This document shows positions 1 through 10,852 of a DNA stretch of 64,000 nt, piece after piece. A program made the translations under genes and the position numbers. The notes beneath the pieces were generated by a model. It was given only the letters and a program-made list of their open reading frames with translations. It did no database searches and was not told where the DNA came from. Numbering within the stretch: the stretch's first letter is position 1; each line of letters opens with the position of its first letter. This stretch comes from an uncultured Gemmatimonadales bacterium (GTDB lineage Bacteria; Gemmatimonadota; Gemmatimonadetes; Longimicrobiales; Longimicrobiaceae): assembly GCA_963716255.1 (NCBI GenBank), contig OY970303.1, positions 1,216,001 to 1,280,000 on the forward strand, written 5' to 3'.

Positions 1-1660
1 AGTCCAGGTACGGGTCCGGGGTGGTCCCCAGCCGGGCCAGCTCCCGGCCCGCGACCTCCAGCCGCGCGTCCAGGTGCGCCACCCACAGGGTGGAGCAGGC
101 GAGCGTCGCGCCCAGCCACCCGGCCGCCAGCCAGGGGGCCAGGCTCCCGCGTCCCGGCCGCGCCCGCGCGAACGCCGCCGCGAACATCCCGAACGGGAGC
201 GCCCACAGCGCCGGCACCCACGCCGCCACCTCGCGCCCCGGCCTCCACCACAGCACCACGCCGATCCCCAGCGCCGCGGCGAGCGCCAGCGCGGGAACCC
301 ACCAGCGCGCGGCCAGGTCGCGCTCCGGCTCGGGCGGGGGCGCGGGAAAGAGCAGGAAGAGCGGGATGGCGACCGCCAGCGTCGCCGCCATGACCAGCGA
401 GATCCCCCCGGCGGAGTGCGCCGCCAGCATTCCCTGCGACGCCGAGCCCGCCACCAGCCGCAGCGCCAGCGGGGCGAGCAGCGCCGCCGGGACCACGCGC
501 AGCCCCACCCGCAGCCGCGCCGGGCTGCCCAGCGGCCGGCGGTGGGTGAGCATCCACACCGCGCCCCCGGTGAACAGCACCATCAGCTGCCCCAGGGTGA
601 CGTCCACCGGGAGCGGGAGGACGAAGCCCAGCGGCGAGAACACGTCGTCCATCCCCGTCATCTCCCCCAGCGGCGCCGCCAGCGCCGCCAGCGTCGCCGC
701 CGCCACCGGGATCCCCGGCGGCCCGCGGCGGCGGCGGTACCACGCCGCCGCCAGCAGCGCGAACGCCGCCCCCCACGCCGCCGCCACCCCCCAGCGCCCC
801 GACGCCAGGATCCGCTCGCGCCAGCTCTCCTGCGTCAGCCGCGCGAACGACACGCTGAGGATGGGGACCCCGTCGCTCTCCCAGTCCCACACCGACTCCC
901 CCTGCGCCCGGTCCGGGGTGGTGAAGCGCGGCGTGAGCCCGTGGTCGGCGGTGAACGCCTCCGTGTATGGCCGCGTCCCCTCCCCGATGGACACGTTGGC
1001 GTCCAGGAGGATGGCGGCCACCGCCGTGCGCCCGTCCTCGAAGACCCGGGAAAAGTACAGGTAGCCGAAGAGCGGCCCCGCCGAGAAGAAGTAGGGCCGC
1101 ACCCCGCGCCGCACCGAGTCGGGGACCGCGCCGCGGTGCTCCCCCGCCCAGGCCACCGGCACGCCGTCCGGCCCGTACACCGCCACCGCCGACACCGCGT
1201 TCTCGCCGCGGAGCACCGACAATCGCTGGAAGAGCCCGGCCCGCCCCCGCGCGCCCCGCGCCGCCGCCACCGCCCCGTCCACCGCCGTCTCGCCGCGGTC
1301 CACCAGCGCGTTCAGGTCGTCGCCGAGCGCCACCCCCGCGCGGTCCTCCACCAGCAGGCGCACCAGCTCCCAGTCGCCCGCCACCCGGTCCAGCCGCAGC
1401 TGCGCCCCCGCCGCCGCCCCCAGCCCCAGCCAGAGCGCGGCCGCGGCCCCCAGCCCCCAGCGCCCCCCGCCGCGCGCCGCGAGGACGGTCCACAGCAGCG
1501 CCGCAACCGCCGCCACGGCCAGCAGCTCGCCCGAGGTGCGCCGCATCCACAGGGCGAGCAGCGCCAGGGCGATCCACCCCGCGGCCCACCCCGCGCGCTC
1601 CCGCAGGCCGGGCCCCGGCTGGTCCGCCGCTTGCGGGGCTGGCGCGCCGACCGTCGCCAC
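1..1660 (-). CDS. Large polytopic membrane protein, N-terminal part only (runs off window); possibly the sensor region of a histidine kinase
   Basis: Not in the ORF track. Manual minus-strand translation from GTG at 1660 (alternative GTG 1672) reads open to base 1: VATVGAPAPQ...GWIALALLALWMRR...VSAVAVYGPDGVPVAWAGEH...WLAAGWLGATLACSTLWVAHLDARLE...PDPYLD, with many hydrophobic helices. The kinase call is inference because no catalytic domain is in the window. Confidence 0.65.
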   Translation of the reverse strand, partial: MATVGAPAPQAADQPGPGLRERAGWAAGWIALALLALWMRRTSGELLAVAAVAALLWTVLAARGGGRWGLGAAAALWLGLGAAAGAQLRLDRVAGDWELVRLLVEDRAGVALGDDLNALVDRGETAVDGAVAAARGARGRAGLFQRLSVLRGENAVSAVAVYGPDGVPVAWAGEHRGAVPDSVRRGVRPYFFSAGPLFGYLYFSRVFEDGRTAVAAILLDANVSIGEGTRPYTEAFTADHGLTPRFTTPDRAQGESVWDWESDGVPILSVSFARLTQESWRERILASGRWGVAAAWGAAFALLAAAWYRRRRGPPGIPVAAATLAALAAPLGEMTGMDDVFSPLGFVLPLPVDVTLGQLMVLFTGGAVWMLTHRRPLGSPARLRVGLRVVPAALLAPLALRLVAGSASQGMLAAHSAGGISLVMAATLAVAIPLFLLFPAPPPEPERDLAARWWVPALALAAALGIGVVLWWRPGREVAAWVPALWALPFGMFAAAFARARPGRGSLAPWLAAGWLGATLACSTLWVAHLDARLEVAGRELARLGTTPDPYLD

Positions 1661-1673
1661 CTTCCCCGCCACT

Positions 1674-2411
1674 ATGCCCGGCTCCTTGCGCTCATACTCC
1701 CTGGTGGACCTGTCGTGGCCCGAGGTCGTCGCGTACCTGGAGCGCGACCGGCGGCTGATCCTTCCCGTGGGCGCCTGCGACCAGCACGGGCCGCACCTGC
1801 CGCTCGGCGCCGCCACCTGCATCGCCGAGGCGCTCGCCGACGACCTGTCGCGCGAGTTCGCGGTGCTCCGCGCCCCCACCTTCGCCTACGGCGTCAACGT
1901 CCCCACCGAGCGCGACTTCGCCGGCACGGCCACGCTGCGCGGCAAGACGCTGCACCGCGCCCTCAACGAGCTGGTCAACGCGTGGGAGTCGCACGGGTTC
2001 ACGGAGATCGTGATGGTCACCGCCAGCGAGCACGACCCCCAGGCAGAGGCCATGGCGACGGTGTACGCCCGCAGGGCGCGGGTGCGGGTGGTGGAGGCGC
2101 TCGCCGTGGATCTTTCGGAATATCTCAGGGAGCCCGAGGGGCCGCAACACGGCGGCGAGGTGGTGACCTCGCTGCTGCTGCACCTGCGTCCGCAGGCGGT
2201 GGACATGCAGGCCGCCCAGGACTGCCTGATGGACACCGAGAAGTACCGGCGCTTCGTGCGCGGCAAGCTCCCCGTGCTCCCCGCCGGCTGCCCCGGCTCC
2301 ATCGGGCGCCCCACGCTCGCCACCGCCGAGACCGGGCGGCGCATCTACGACCACATCCTCGAGCGCATCCGCCAGAAGATCTTCATCTCGCCCCCGCCCG
2401 ACGAGGGGTGA
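1674..2411 (+). CDS. Creatininase-family protein with degenerate metal ligands
   Basis: LSWPEV...ILPVGACDQHGPHLPLG, FAGTATL and HGGEVVTS motifs; ATG at 1674. Confidence 0.85.
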   Translation: MPGSLRSYSLVDLSWPEVVAYLERDRRLILPVGACDQHGPHLPLGAATCIAEALADDLSREFAVLRAPTFAYGVNVPTERDFAGTATLRGKTLHRALNELVNAWESHGFTEIVMVTASEHDPQAEAMATVYARRARVRVVEALAVDLSEYLREPEGPQHGGEVVTSLLLHLRPQAVDMQAAQDCLMDTEKYRRFVRGKLPVLPAGCPGSIGRPTLATAETGRRIYDHILERIRQKIFISPPPDEG

Positions 2412-2433
2412 CTTTGAGTGTCGAGGCGGGTTT

Positions 2434-2592
2434 GGCGGGGCCGCTACGGAGCCCGGCCAAACTGCGGCCGGTCTCCTCCGCGGGCTCCGGGAACCCCGGG
2501 AAACAGCCCCCGGGTTTCCCTCCGCCGGGGGGAGCCTCGCCAAACTGCCGGCGAGTCTCCCCCCGAACCGATTCATGTGGATACCACGGAAC
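2434..2592 (+). repeat. Structured repeat family B, copy 1 (three tandem hairpins with AAACWGC(C) loops)
   Basis: Reverse complement aligns with 30027-30186 and 44131-44288. Confidence 0.85.
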
Positions 2593-2723
2593 GACAAGCG
2601 GCAACGGCACGGCCACGCACCCGCCCGTGCTCCGTACGGTCGTGCAGGCTGTCCCCTGTCCCCTCGCACTTTCGCGCCCCTCCGGGGTATCCCCGGCTGG
2701 ACGACACCATCCAAGGAGACCTC

Positions 2724-3416
2724 ATGCCGATCGTACGCAGCGTCCTCACGTTCCTCCTCCTCGCCCTGGCGGCGCCGCTGGGCGCGCAGGGGACGGTGGT
2801 GGACCAGGGGAGCTTTCGCGTGACCGTGGGCGGGCAGACGGCGGGGACGGAGGAGTTCGTGATCCGGCAGAGCGGGAGCGGCACCGGGAGCGACGTCACG
2901 GCCACGGGGCGGGTGGAAGTCACCCTTCCCGGCGGGACGCTGGAGCTGGTGCCGCGGCTGCGGGCGCGGGGGCTGGACGCGTCGCCGGTCAGCTACCAGG
3001 TGGACGTGGGCGGCGACTCGCCGCGGCGCATCCTGGGGCAGGTGGGCGCCGGACGCTTCAGCGCGCGCATCGTCTCCACCTCCGGCGAGCAGCTGCGCGA
3101 GTACGTGGCCAGCGACCGCGCGCTCATCCTGGACGACGGCGTGGCGCACCACTACTACTTCCTGGCGCAGCGGCAGCGGGGCGGCACCGTCCCCGTCATC
3201 GTCCCGCGCGAGAACCGGCAGGTGATCGCGACGGTGTCCAGCCGGGGCGAGGAGCGCGTCGACGTCGGCGGGGCCACGGCCAGCCTTTTCCACCTGGTGG
3301 TGCAGGTCCCCGGCTCCAGCGAGCGGCACGTGTGGGTGGACGCCCTGGGCCGCGTGATCCGCGTCCGCATCCCCGCCACCGGCTACGAGGCCACGCGCAC
3401 CGAGCTGCCCCGCTGA
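2724..3416 (+). CDS. Exported hypothetical protein, beta-rich
   Basis: AAGGAG RBS before ATG 2724; Sec signal MPIVRSVLTFLLLALAAPLGA|Q. Confidence 0.75.
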   Translation: MPIVRSVLTFLLLALAAPLGAQGTVVDQGSFRVTVGGQTAGTEEFVIRQSGSGTGSDVTATGRVEVTLPGGTLELVPRLRARGLDASPVSYQVDVGGDSPRRILGQVGAGRFSARIVSTSGEQLREYVASDRALILDDGVAHHYYFLAQRQRGGTVPVIVPRENRQVIATVSSRGEERVDVGGATASLFHLVVQVPGSSERHVWVDALGRVIRVRIPATGYEATRTELPR

Positions 3417-3558
3417 CCTCCGGGCCCCGCGCCACGCTCCGCGCCCTCCCGGCCCCGCGGCCGGGAGGGCGCCGCGCATCCGGGGTTCTCCCCTACCCCG
3501 CGCCGGGCGGCTATCTTTGGCCCCGACCCGAGCCCCCACACACCCGACCGCCCGCGCC

Positions 3559-4248
3559 GTGAGCCACGCGACACACCCGGACACCGCCGCCCCCGCCCCG
3601 CTGGGCCGCCGCGTCCTGCAGACCTTTCTCGCCCCCGCCGACCTGTTCCGCGGGTCGGGGGGCTACGCCCCCTGGATGGGGCCGCTCCTCCTTTCCACGC
3701 TGGTCGCCGTGGTCGCGGTGCTCGCCAACCCCGACCAGATGTACCAGATGACCGAGCCCGCCGTCAACCGGCGCGGGCGGCCCGTGGAGATCACCTCCGA
3801 CCTGGCGACCATCGCCCACTACGGACGCATGCTGGGGATGATCGCCGCGCTGGCCATGCACCCCCTGATCGTGCTCGCCGCCGCGGGGGTGCTGGCGCTG
3901 CTCTTCAGCGTCCTGCTGCGCGGCGAGGGACGGTTCGTCCAGTACCTGTCCATCGCGGCGCACGCCTCACTCGTCGCGGCGCTGGGCACGCTGGCCGCCG
4001 CGGCGCTCGCGCTCCTGCGCGGCGCCGAGCCGCGGGGGATCACCCCGGCGCTCCTCCCGCTGGCGGCGCCGGGAAGCTTCGCCCACAGGCTCCTGGAAGG
4101 GATGGACCTGTTCACGCTGTGGGCGCTGCTCGTGGCGGCGCTGGGGGTGAGCCTGGTCAACCGGCGCCGCTCCTTCGCCAGCGCAGCCGCCGTGCTGCTG
4201 GGCGTCTACGTCGCGCTCGCCGTGGGCATCGCCGCCCTGGGAGCGTGA
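3559..4248 (+). CDS. Yip1/YknW-like membrane protein
   Basis: About 5 TM helices; AP..LF motif and DLFTLW...LGVS C-terminus; lies directly before the exporter genes. Confidence 0.7.
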   Translation: MSHATHPDTAAPAPLGRRVLQTFLAPADLFRGSGGYAPWMGPLLLSTLVAVVAVLANPDQMYQMTEPAVNRRGRPVEITSDLATIAHYGRMLGMIAALAMHPLIVLAAAGVLALLFSVLLRGEGRFVQYLSIAAHASLVAALGTLAAAALALLRGAEPRGITPALLPLAAPGSFAHRLLEGMDLFTLWALLVAALGVSLVNRRRSFASAAAVLLGVYVALAVGIAALGA

Positions 4249-4480
4249 CCCCCGCGCTCCCGGCGCGCCGGGAGCGCGCCCGCCCCTTCCGCGGCCGCCA
4301 ACCCGTTGCGGCCCAGCGGGATACTCCCGCCATCCGTTTGGCGTTAGATTGTTCTCGCCGCGCGGTCGACGCACCACCGGAAGGGTCGGGAGCGCCCTGA
4401 AACTTTCCGCTCCACCCCCCCGTAGTCCCCGTCGTCCGACGCACTCCCGTCCGCCTTCCCGACCCCGGAAAGATCCCCAG

Positions 4481-6013
4481 ATGTCCGCTCTTCGCATCCA
4501 GACCTCCCGCCTGGCCGCCGGCCGCCGCGCGGCGGGCGCCCTGGCCCTGGCGGCGGCGCTCGCCGCCCCCGCCGTGCTCGGCGCGCAGGAGACCGGGCCC
4601 GCGCCCGCCGCCCCCGCCACCCTCACCCTCGAGGAAGCGGTCGCGCTGGCGCGCCGGAACAACCCCGACCTGCTGGCGACGCAGAACGACCGGCGGACCG
4701 CGCGTGCGGCCTCCCGCGCCGCCCGCGCCGACTTCATCCCCTCGGCGCGCGTTTCCAACACCTTCGGCTACACCGCCGAGGGCGAGCGGCGCTACGGCTC
4801 CGTCGCGCTGGCGGCGAACGACCCCGCCATCTACTCGTCCAGCTACAGCCTGGGGCTGTCGGCCGACCTGAGCGGCGCCAAGCTGATGCAGCCCGCCATC
4901 ACCCGCGCGCAGGAGCGGGCCACCGAGCACCGCATCGTGGGCGCCGAGGCCAACCTGGCCTCGCAGGTCGCCCAGCAGTACCTGAGCGTGCTGCAGGCGG
5001 AGGAAGTGGTCGCGCAGGCCGAGCGCGAGGTGTCCCGCACCGACGAGCACCTGCGCCTGGCGCAGGCCCGCCTGGATGTGGGCGCCGGGACGCCGCTGGA
5101 CGTGCGGCGCGCCGAAACGCAGAAAGGGCAGGCGCAGGTGAGGCTCCTGCAGGCGCGCAACACCGTGGCCACGGCCACCCTGGGGCTCGGCCAGCTCATG
5201 GGGGTGGACCTGCAGCCGGGGGCGAAGCTCACCTCCGAGTTCGCGCTCTTCCAGCCGCAGCTCGACGCCGCGGCGCTGGTCGCGCAGGCCACCACGAACA
5301 ACCCCAACCTGCGCTCCGCGCGCTCGCAGGCGGGCGCCGCGCGGACCGGGATCCGGGCCGCCCGGTCCAGCTACCTCCCCACCCTCAACTTCAACGTGGG
5401 GTGGGACGGCTCCGTGTACCGCGTGGGCAACCTGAACCCCCTGGTGCAGAGCGGCATCGCGAGCGCCCAGGGCCAGCTGGACGCCTGCTTCCGGAGCAAC
5501 CAGCTCGCCGCGCTCCTGGGCCAGGCCCCGCAGGACTGCGGCCGGTTCGCCTTCACCCCGGAGGGCATCCGCGACGAAGTGCGCGAGCAGAACTCCGGCT
5601 ACCCGTTCAACTACAACCGGCAGCCGGTGAGCGCGGCGCTCACCGTGTCGCTCCCCATCTTCACCGGCCTTTCCCGGCACCAGCAGGTGGAGGAGGCGCG
5701 CGCCCGCGCCGAGGACGCCGAGTACCAGGTGCGCACGCAGGAGAACACCCTGCGCGTGGAGGTGAACACGCAGCTGCGCAACATGCAGACGGCGTACGAG
5801 ACCGCGCAGCTGCAGGACCAGGTGATCCGCACCGCGGGCGAGGAGCTGCGGCTGGCGCGGGAGCGCTTCCGCTTCGGCGCGGCGAGCTCGGTGGAGGTGA
5901 CCGACGCCCAGACCAGCCTGGCGCAGGCCGAGCAGGCCAAGATCGACGCGGTGTACAACTTCCACAAGTCGCTCGCGGCGCTGGAGGCGCTGGTGGGGCA
6001 GCGGCTGCGCTGA
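4481..6013 (+). CDS. TolC-family outer-membrane efflux protein
   Basis: [50 protein letters not shown]. Confidence 0.92.
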   Translation: MSALRIQTSRLAAGRRAAGALALAAALAAPAVLGAQETGPAPAAPATLTLEEAVALARRNNPDLLATQNDRRTARAASRAARADFIPSARVSNTFGYTAEGERRYGSVALAANDPAIYSSSYSLGLSADLSGAKLMQPAITRAQERATEHRIVGAEANLASQVAQQYLSVLQAEEVVAQAEREVSRTDEHLRLAQARLDVGAGTPLDVRRAETQKGQAQVRLLQARNTVATATLGLGQLMGVDLQPGAKLTSEFALFQPQLDAAALVAQATTNNPNLRSARSQAGAARTGIRAARSSYLPTLNFNVGWDGSVYRVGNLNPLVQSGIASAQGQLDACFRSNQLAALLGQAPQDCGRFAFTPEGIRDEVREQNSGYPFNYNRQPVSAALTVSLPIFTGLSRHQQVEEARARAEDAEYQVRTQENTLRVEVNTQLRNMQTAYETAQLQDQVIRTAGEELRLARERFRFGAASSVEVTDAQTSLAQAEQAKIDAVYNFHKSLAALEALVGQRLR

Positions 6014-6078
6014 ACGCTCCGGAGGCACGGCGCGACCCACGACTGACGACCACCCACACGGGTTTGGAGATAGAGCGG

Positions 6079-7389
6079 ATGAAAACGCGGACGATCGTGA
6101 TCGGCGGGTTGGTGGTGGCCGCGGCGGCGGGCGGCGTGTTCGCCCGGACCGCCATGGCGGACAAGGGGACGGAGGTGCGCACCGAGGTGATCACCCGGCG
6201 CGACCTGACCGCGGTGGTCACCGCCAGCGGGACCATCGACCCCAAGCGCAAGGTGGACATCTCGGCCGACATCTCGGGGCGGGTGATCGAGCTGCCGGTG
6301 CAGGAGGGCCAGTGGGTGGAGCGGGGCGCGCTGCTGCTCCGCATCGACCCCACGCAGTACCAGGCGGCGGTGCGCCGCGCCGAGGCCTCGGTGGCGCAGG
6401 CGCAGGCCCGCGCCGCGCAGGCGCGCGCCAACCTCCTCCAGGCGCAGAACGCGGCCCGCCGGGCCCGGCAGCTCGCCAGCAGCCCGGAGCAGCTCATCTC
6501 CCCCGCGGACGTGGAGCAGGCGCAGACCCAGGCGTCCGTGGCGCAGGCCGAGTTCGAGGCCTCGCGCTACGGCGTGGCCCAGGCGCAGGCCGGGCTCACC
6601 GAGGCCGGCGAGGCGCTGCGCAAGACCACCATCGTGGCGCCGATGAGCGGGCGCATCACCCGCCTCAACATCGAGGAGGGGGAAACGGCGATCGTGGGGA
6701 CGATGAACAACCCCGGCTCGCTCCTCCTCACCATCGCCGACCTGTCGGTGATGGAGGCCAAGGTCAAGGTGGACGAGACCGAGGTCCCCGGCATCACCAT
6801 CGGCGACAGCGCCCGGGTGCGGATCGACGCCTTCCCGGACCGCGTCTTCGGCGGCACGGTGACCCGCATCGCCAACAGCTCGCTGCAGGGCGCCACCGCG
6901 GGGATGGGCGCCGCGGCGGGCGGCGAGCAGCAGTCGGTGGACTTCGAGGTGGTCATCACCCTGGACAACCCGCCGGAGCAGCTGCGCCCCGACCTTTCCG
7001 CCACCGCGGACATCGTCACCGACACCCGCAGGGCGTCGCTCTCGGTGCCCATCATCGCGCTGACGGTGCGCGACGCCCAGGGAAAGAAGCTGGACTCGGG
7101 CGACGAGGACGAGGCCGACGACGCGGCCCCGGCCAAGCCGGAAACCGGCCGCCGCCGCGACGAGGACGGGGTGGAGGGCGTGTTCGTGATGCACGGCGAC
7201 TCGGTGGCGTTCGTGCCGGTGCAGGTGGGGATCGCCGGCGACCGCTACTTCGAGGTGAAGCGCGGGCTCCGCGGCGGCGAAACCGTGGTGGCCGGGAGCT
7301 ACCAGGCGATCCGCGAGCTGGAGTCGGGCTCGCGGGTGCGCCTCCCCGAGGCCGACGACAAGGGGAGCTCCGGCAAGGAGAAGGCATGA
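6079..7389 (+). CDS. Efflux periplasmic adaptor (MacA/YknX-like)
   Basis: VTASGTIDP...[32 protein letters not shown]. Confidence 0.92.
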   Translation: MKTRTIVIGGLVVAAAAGGVFARTAMADKGTEVRTEVITRRDLTAVVTASGTIDPKRKVDISADISGRVIELPVQEGQWVERGALLLRIDPTQYQAAVRRAEASVAQAQARAAQARANLLQAQNAARRARQLASSPEQLISPADVEQAQTQASVAQAEFEASRYGVAQAQAGLTEAGEALRKTTIVAPMSGRITRLNIEEGETAIVGTMNNPGSLLLTIADLSVMEAKVKVDETEVPGITIGDSARVRIDAFPDRVFGGTVTRIANSSLQGATAGMGAAAGGEQQSVDFEVVITLDNPPEQLRPDLSATADIVTDTRRASLSVPIIALTVRDAQGKKLDSGDEDEADDAAPAKPETGRRRDEDGVEGVFVMHGDSVAFVPVQVGIAGDRYFEVKRGLRGGETVVAGSYQAIRELESGSRVRLPEADDKGSSGKEKA

Positions 7390-8147
7390 GCGCCGCGCGC
7401 GAGGTGATCATCGAGGCCCGCGGGCTTCAGAAGCACTACCAGCTGGGCACGGAAACGGTCCGGGCGCTGCGCGGGGTGGACCTGGTCATCGGCCGCAACG
7501 AGTACGTGGCCATCATGGGCCCTTCCGGCTCCGGGAAGTCCACCTTCATGAACCTCATCGGCTGCCTGGACTCGCCCACCTCGGGGGAGTACATCCTCAA
7601 CGGGCACCCCGTGGCGGGGATGACCGACGACGAGCTGGCACGCGTGAGGAACCGCGAGATCGGCTTCGTCTTCCAGACCTTCAACCTGCTCCCCCGCTCC
7701 ACCGCGCTGGAGAACGTGGAGCTGCCGCTGGTCTACGCCGGCGTGGGCAAGAGCGACCGGCGCGCGCGCGCGGTGGAGGCGCTGCGCTCGGTGGAGCTGG
7801 GCGACCGCATGGACCACCGCCCCAACGAGCTGTCGGGCGGCCAGCGGCAGCGCGTGGCCATCGCGCGGGCGCTGGTGAACGCGCCCGCCATCATCCTGGC
7901 GGACGAGCCCACGGGGAACCTGGACTCCCGGACCTCCGAGGAGATCATGGGCCTGTTCGCGCGGCTTCACGACCAGGGGCAGACCATCATCATGGTCACG
8001 CACGAGGCCGACATCGCCGCCCACGCCGAGCGGGTGGTGACGCTGCGCGACGGGACCATCCACAGCGACCTCCGGCAGACGCCGTCCCCGGTGCAACTCC
8101 GCCCGGTGCCGGCGGAGGACACCGAGCCGGCTCTTTCCGGGGCCTGA
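7386..8147 (+). CDS. ABC transporter ATP-binding protein (MacB/YknY-like)
   Basis: [32 protein letters not shown] overlap with the adaptor gene. Confidence 0.95.
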   Translation: MSAAREVIIEARGLQKHYQLGTETVRALRGVDLVIGRNEYVAIMGPSGSGKSTFMNLIGCLDSPTSGEYILNGHPVAGMTDDELARVRNREIGFVFQTFNLLPRSTALENVELPLVYAGVGKSDRRARAVEALRSVELGDRMDHRPNELSGGQRQRVAIARALVNAPAIILADEPTGNLDSRTSEEIMGLFARLHDQGQTIIMVTHEADIAAHAERVVTLRDGTIHSDLRQTPSPVQLRPVPAEDTEPALSGA

Positions 8148-8150
8148 GCC

Positions 8151-9416
8151 GTGGCCGCGCGGAAGCGGGCGCGGATGCCGCTGGGCGAGGCGCTGCGCGT
8201 GTCGCTCCAGATGATCCGCGTCAACAAGCTGAGGGCCTTCTTCACCGTGCTGGGGACGGTGATGGGGGTGACCTTCCTGATCGCCGTGATCACCCTGATC
8301 ACCGGGATGGACTCCTACATGAAGGAGGACTTCGCGGGCAAGGTGTACGGCTTCAACAGCGTCATGCTGCGCCGGCGCCCGTCGGTCACCATGAGCGACG
8401 ACCCGGAGCTGCGGCGCGAGTGGCGCCGCCGCCAGCGCCTCACCTTCGAGGACGCCGCGTGGCTGGGGGAGCGGATGGAGACGCCGGGGATCCTTTCCAT
8501 CAACTCCGAGCGCGGAGGCAAGGTGGACGGCCCCGGAGGCCGCACGCTGGAAGGCGTCCGCGTCTCCGGCGCGTCGGCCAGCTACTTCACCGGGCGGGAC
8601 ATGGGGGTGGAGTCGGGGCGCGTGTTCTCGGACCAGGAGGCGGAGCGTGGGGTCCCCGTGGTGGTAGTGGGCAAGGACGTGGCGGACAAGCTCTTCGAGG
8701 GGCGGAGCCCGCTGGGGAAGACGGTGCGGGTGCAGGGCTTCCCGTACCGGGTGGTGGGGGTGCTGGAAAAGCAGGGCTCGCTCTTCGGCATGTCCATGGA
8801 CAACGTGGTGATCGCCCCGGCGCGGTCGCGGGTCAACGGCTACGTCAACCCGCACAACGTGGTGGACGAGATCACCTACAAGGTGGCGGACGCCTCCATG
8901 GTGCCGCGCGCCCAGGCGGAGCTGGAGGGATGGATGCGGATCCGCCACCGCCTGCGCCCCGGCGAGAACAACGACTTCGAGCTGGAGACGGCCAGCGAGA
9001 GCCTGGCCTTCTGGAACAAGATCGCCACCTACCTGATGCTGGCGCTCCCCCTGCTGGTGGGGATCTCGCTGGTGGTGGGCGCGGTCGTCATCATGAACAT
9101 CATGCTGGTGGCGGTCACCGAGCGCACCCGCGAGATCGGGCTGCGCAAGTCGCTGGGCGCGCGCCGCCGCGACATCCTCGCGCAGTTCATGATCGAGGCT
9201 GGGACGCTGTCGGGGGCCGGCGGGGTGCTGGGAATCGGGCTGGGGATCGGGCTGGCAGCGCTGGTGTCCGCCTTGTCGCCGCTCCCCGCCCGGGTCTCGC
9301 CGCTCTCCATCGTCCTGTCCATCTTCCTGGGCGTGGGCGTGGGGCTGGCGGCGGGGGTGTACCCGGCGTACCGCGCCTCGCGCCTGGACCCCATCGAAGC
9401 CCTGCGCAGCGAATAG
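8151..9416 (+). CDS. ABC transporter permease (MacB/FtsX family)
   Basis: NKLRAFFTVLG, VTERTREIGLRKSLGA, ASRLDPIEALRSE. Confidence 0.93.
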   Translation: MAARKRARMPLGEALRVSLQMIRVNKLRAFFTVLGTVMGVTFLIAVITLITGMDSYMKEDFAGKVYGFNSVMLRRRPSVTMSDDPELRREWRRRQRLTFEDAAWLGERMETPGILSINSERGGKVDGPGGRTLEGVRVSGASASYFTGRDMGVESGRVFSDQEAERGVPVVVVGKDVADKLFEGRSPLGKTVRVQGFPYRVVGVLEKQGSLFGMSMDNVVIAPARSRVNGYVNPHNVVDEITYKVADASMVPRAQAELEGWMRIRHRLRPGENNDFELETASESLAFWNKIATYLMLALPLLVGISLVVGAVVIMNIMLVAVTERTREIGLRKSLGARRRDILAQFMIEAGTLSGAGGVLGIGLGIGLAALVSALSPLPARVSPLSIVLSIFLGVGVGLAAGVYPAYRASRLDPIEALRSE

Positions 9417-9458
9417 GAGAGCGCGAAAGATGAACCCGAAGGGACTGGGGCGAAGCCG

Positions 9459-10697
9459 ATGAACCTGACATCCGCCCGCGAGGGCGTGGGGATCGCGCTG
9501 GACGCGCTGCGCTCCAACAAGGTGAGGGCCTTTTTAACCATCCTGGGGATCGTGATCGGCGTCGCCACGGTGATGGCGATGGCCGCGGTGGTGGGCGGGC
9601 TGCGCACGGGGATCATGCAGGAGATCGAGGGGATCGGCCCCAAGAACTTCGTGGTCACCCGCTTCGAGCAGGGCAGCCTGATGATCAACGACGGCAACGG
9701 CCGCCCTCCGTGGGAGGGAAAGCCGCCGGTGACCTTCCAGGAGGCGGAGCTCATCCGCTCGCTTCCCTCCATCCGCTCGGCGGCCGCCGCGGTGGACGCC
9801 GGCGCGGACCTGAAGTACGGCGCCAGCACCTACGCCCAGGTCATGCTCCCGGCCCGCGACCACCAGTGGCCGGACTACGCCCAGGGGGACTTCGTCTACG
9901 GGCGCAACTTCCTCCCGGACGACGTGGCGCGCTCCAACCGCGTCGTGGTCCTTTCCATCGACCTGTCCAAGAAGGTGTTCGGCGAGATCGACCCGGTGGG
10001 CAAGTCGGTGCGCCTGGGCGGGGAGCCGTTCCAGGTGGTGGGCGTGTACCGCCAGAAGCCCAACTTCTTTTCCAACTTCGTCAAGGAGTGGGGGATCGTC
10101 CCGCCCACCACGGCCATCAAGTACCTGGACGCGGACAAGGACTGGATGTCGCTCCTGGTGGTGCCGTCGGGCACGGTCTCGCAGGAGCAGGCCATCGACG
10201 ACGTCACCGCCGCGCTCCGCGTGGCGCGCGGGCTTCGCCCCGGCGAGGAGAACAACTTCGCGGTCACCCGCCAGCAGGCGATCGCCGACATGTTCGACCG
10301 CATCACGGGGGTGTTCGCCCTCATCATGCTGGTGCTCTCCTCCATCGGGCTGATGGTGGGCGGCATCGGGGTGGTGGCGATCATGATGATCTCCGTCACC
10401 GAGCGCACCCGGGAAATCGGGGTGCGCAAGGCGCTGGGCGCCACCCGCCGCGAGATCCTCTGGCAGTTCCTGGTGGAGTCCATGACCGTCACCACCATCG
10501 GCGGGGCGATCGGGATGGTGCTGGGCGGGGGCGGCGCCCTCCTCCTCGCCGCCTTCACCCCCCTCCCCGCCACGGTGCCGCTCTGGTCGGTCGCCGCCGC
10601 GCTGGGCGTGTCCGCGGTCACGGGCATCGGCTTCGGCCTGTACCCCGCCAACAAGGCCGCGCGCCTGGACCCGGTGGAGGCGCTGCGGTACGAGTGA
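9459..10697 (+). CDS. ABC transporter permease (MacB/FtsX family), second paralogue
   Basis: NKVRAFLTILGIVIGV, VTERTREIGVRKALGA, AARLDPVEALRYE. Confidence 0.93.
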   Translation: MNLTSAREGVGIALDALRSNKVRAFLTILGIVIGVATVMAMAAVVGGLRTGIMQEIEGIGPKNFVVTRFEQGSLMINDGNGRPPWEGKPPVTFQEAELIRSLPSIRSAAAAVDAGADLKYGASTYAQVMLPARDHQWPDYAQGDFVYGRNFLPDDVARSNRVVVLSIDLSKKVFGEIDPVGKSVRLGGEPFQVVGVYRQKPNFFSNFVKEWGIVPPTTAIKYLDADKDWMSLLVVPSGTVSQEQAIDDVTAALRVARGLRPGEENNFAVTRQQAIADMFDRITGVFALIMLVLSSIGLMVGGIGVVAIMMISVTERTREIGVRKALGATRREILWQFLVESMTVTTIGGAIGMVLGGGGALLLAAFTPLPATVPLWSVAAALGVSAVTGIGFGLYPANKAARLDPVEALRYE

Positions 10698-10783
10698 GGG
10701 CGGGTCGGGTGCGAACGGCTCTGAACTGCATGGCTTGGGCGTGCCCCGGGCACCGCAGCCGTGCACTTGCGGCCCCACCGGTG

Positions 10784-10821
10784 CGAAGGCGCGGACGACC
10801 TGATAGGTTGTCCGCGCTTCG
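10784..10821 (+). terminator. Hairpin, possible intrinsic terminator after the exporter operon
   Basis: CGAAG(G)CGCGGACGACCT-GAT-AGGTTGTCCGCGCTTCG followed by a T-rich stretch. Confidence 0.5.
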
Positions 10822-10852
10822 TCGTTTCGTACTCTCGCACTTTGTTTTTCCG

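Noticed and set aside
1..1660. ComEC or glycosyltransferase identity for the first membrane protein
   Set aside because: No diagnostic motifs for either family in the visible part. Left as a sensor-like membrane protein.
74..3562. Very long Arg/Pro/Gly-rich ORFs (e.g. 74-3562, 14034-17174, 18439-21999, 44434-47976, 58402-62502)
   Set aside because: They are shadow frames of real genes in very high-GC DNA, with no recognisable motifs and low-complexity composition.
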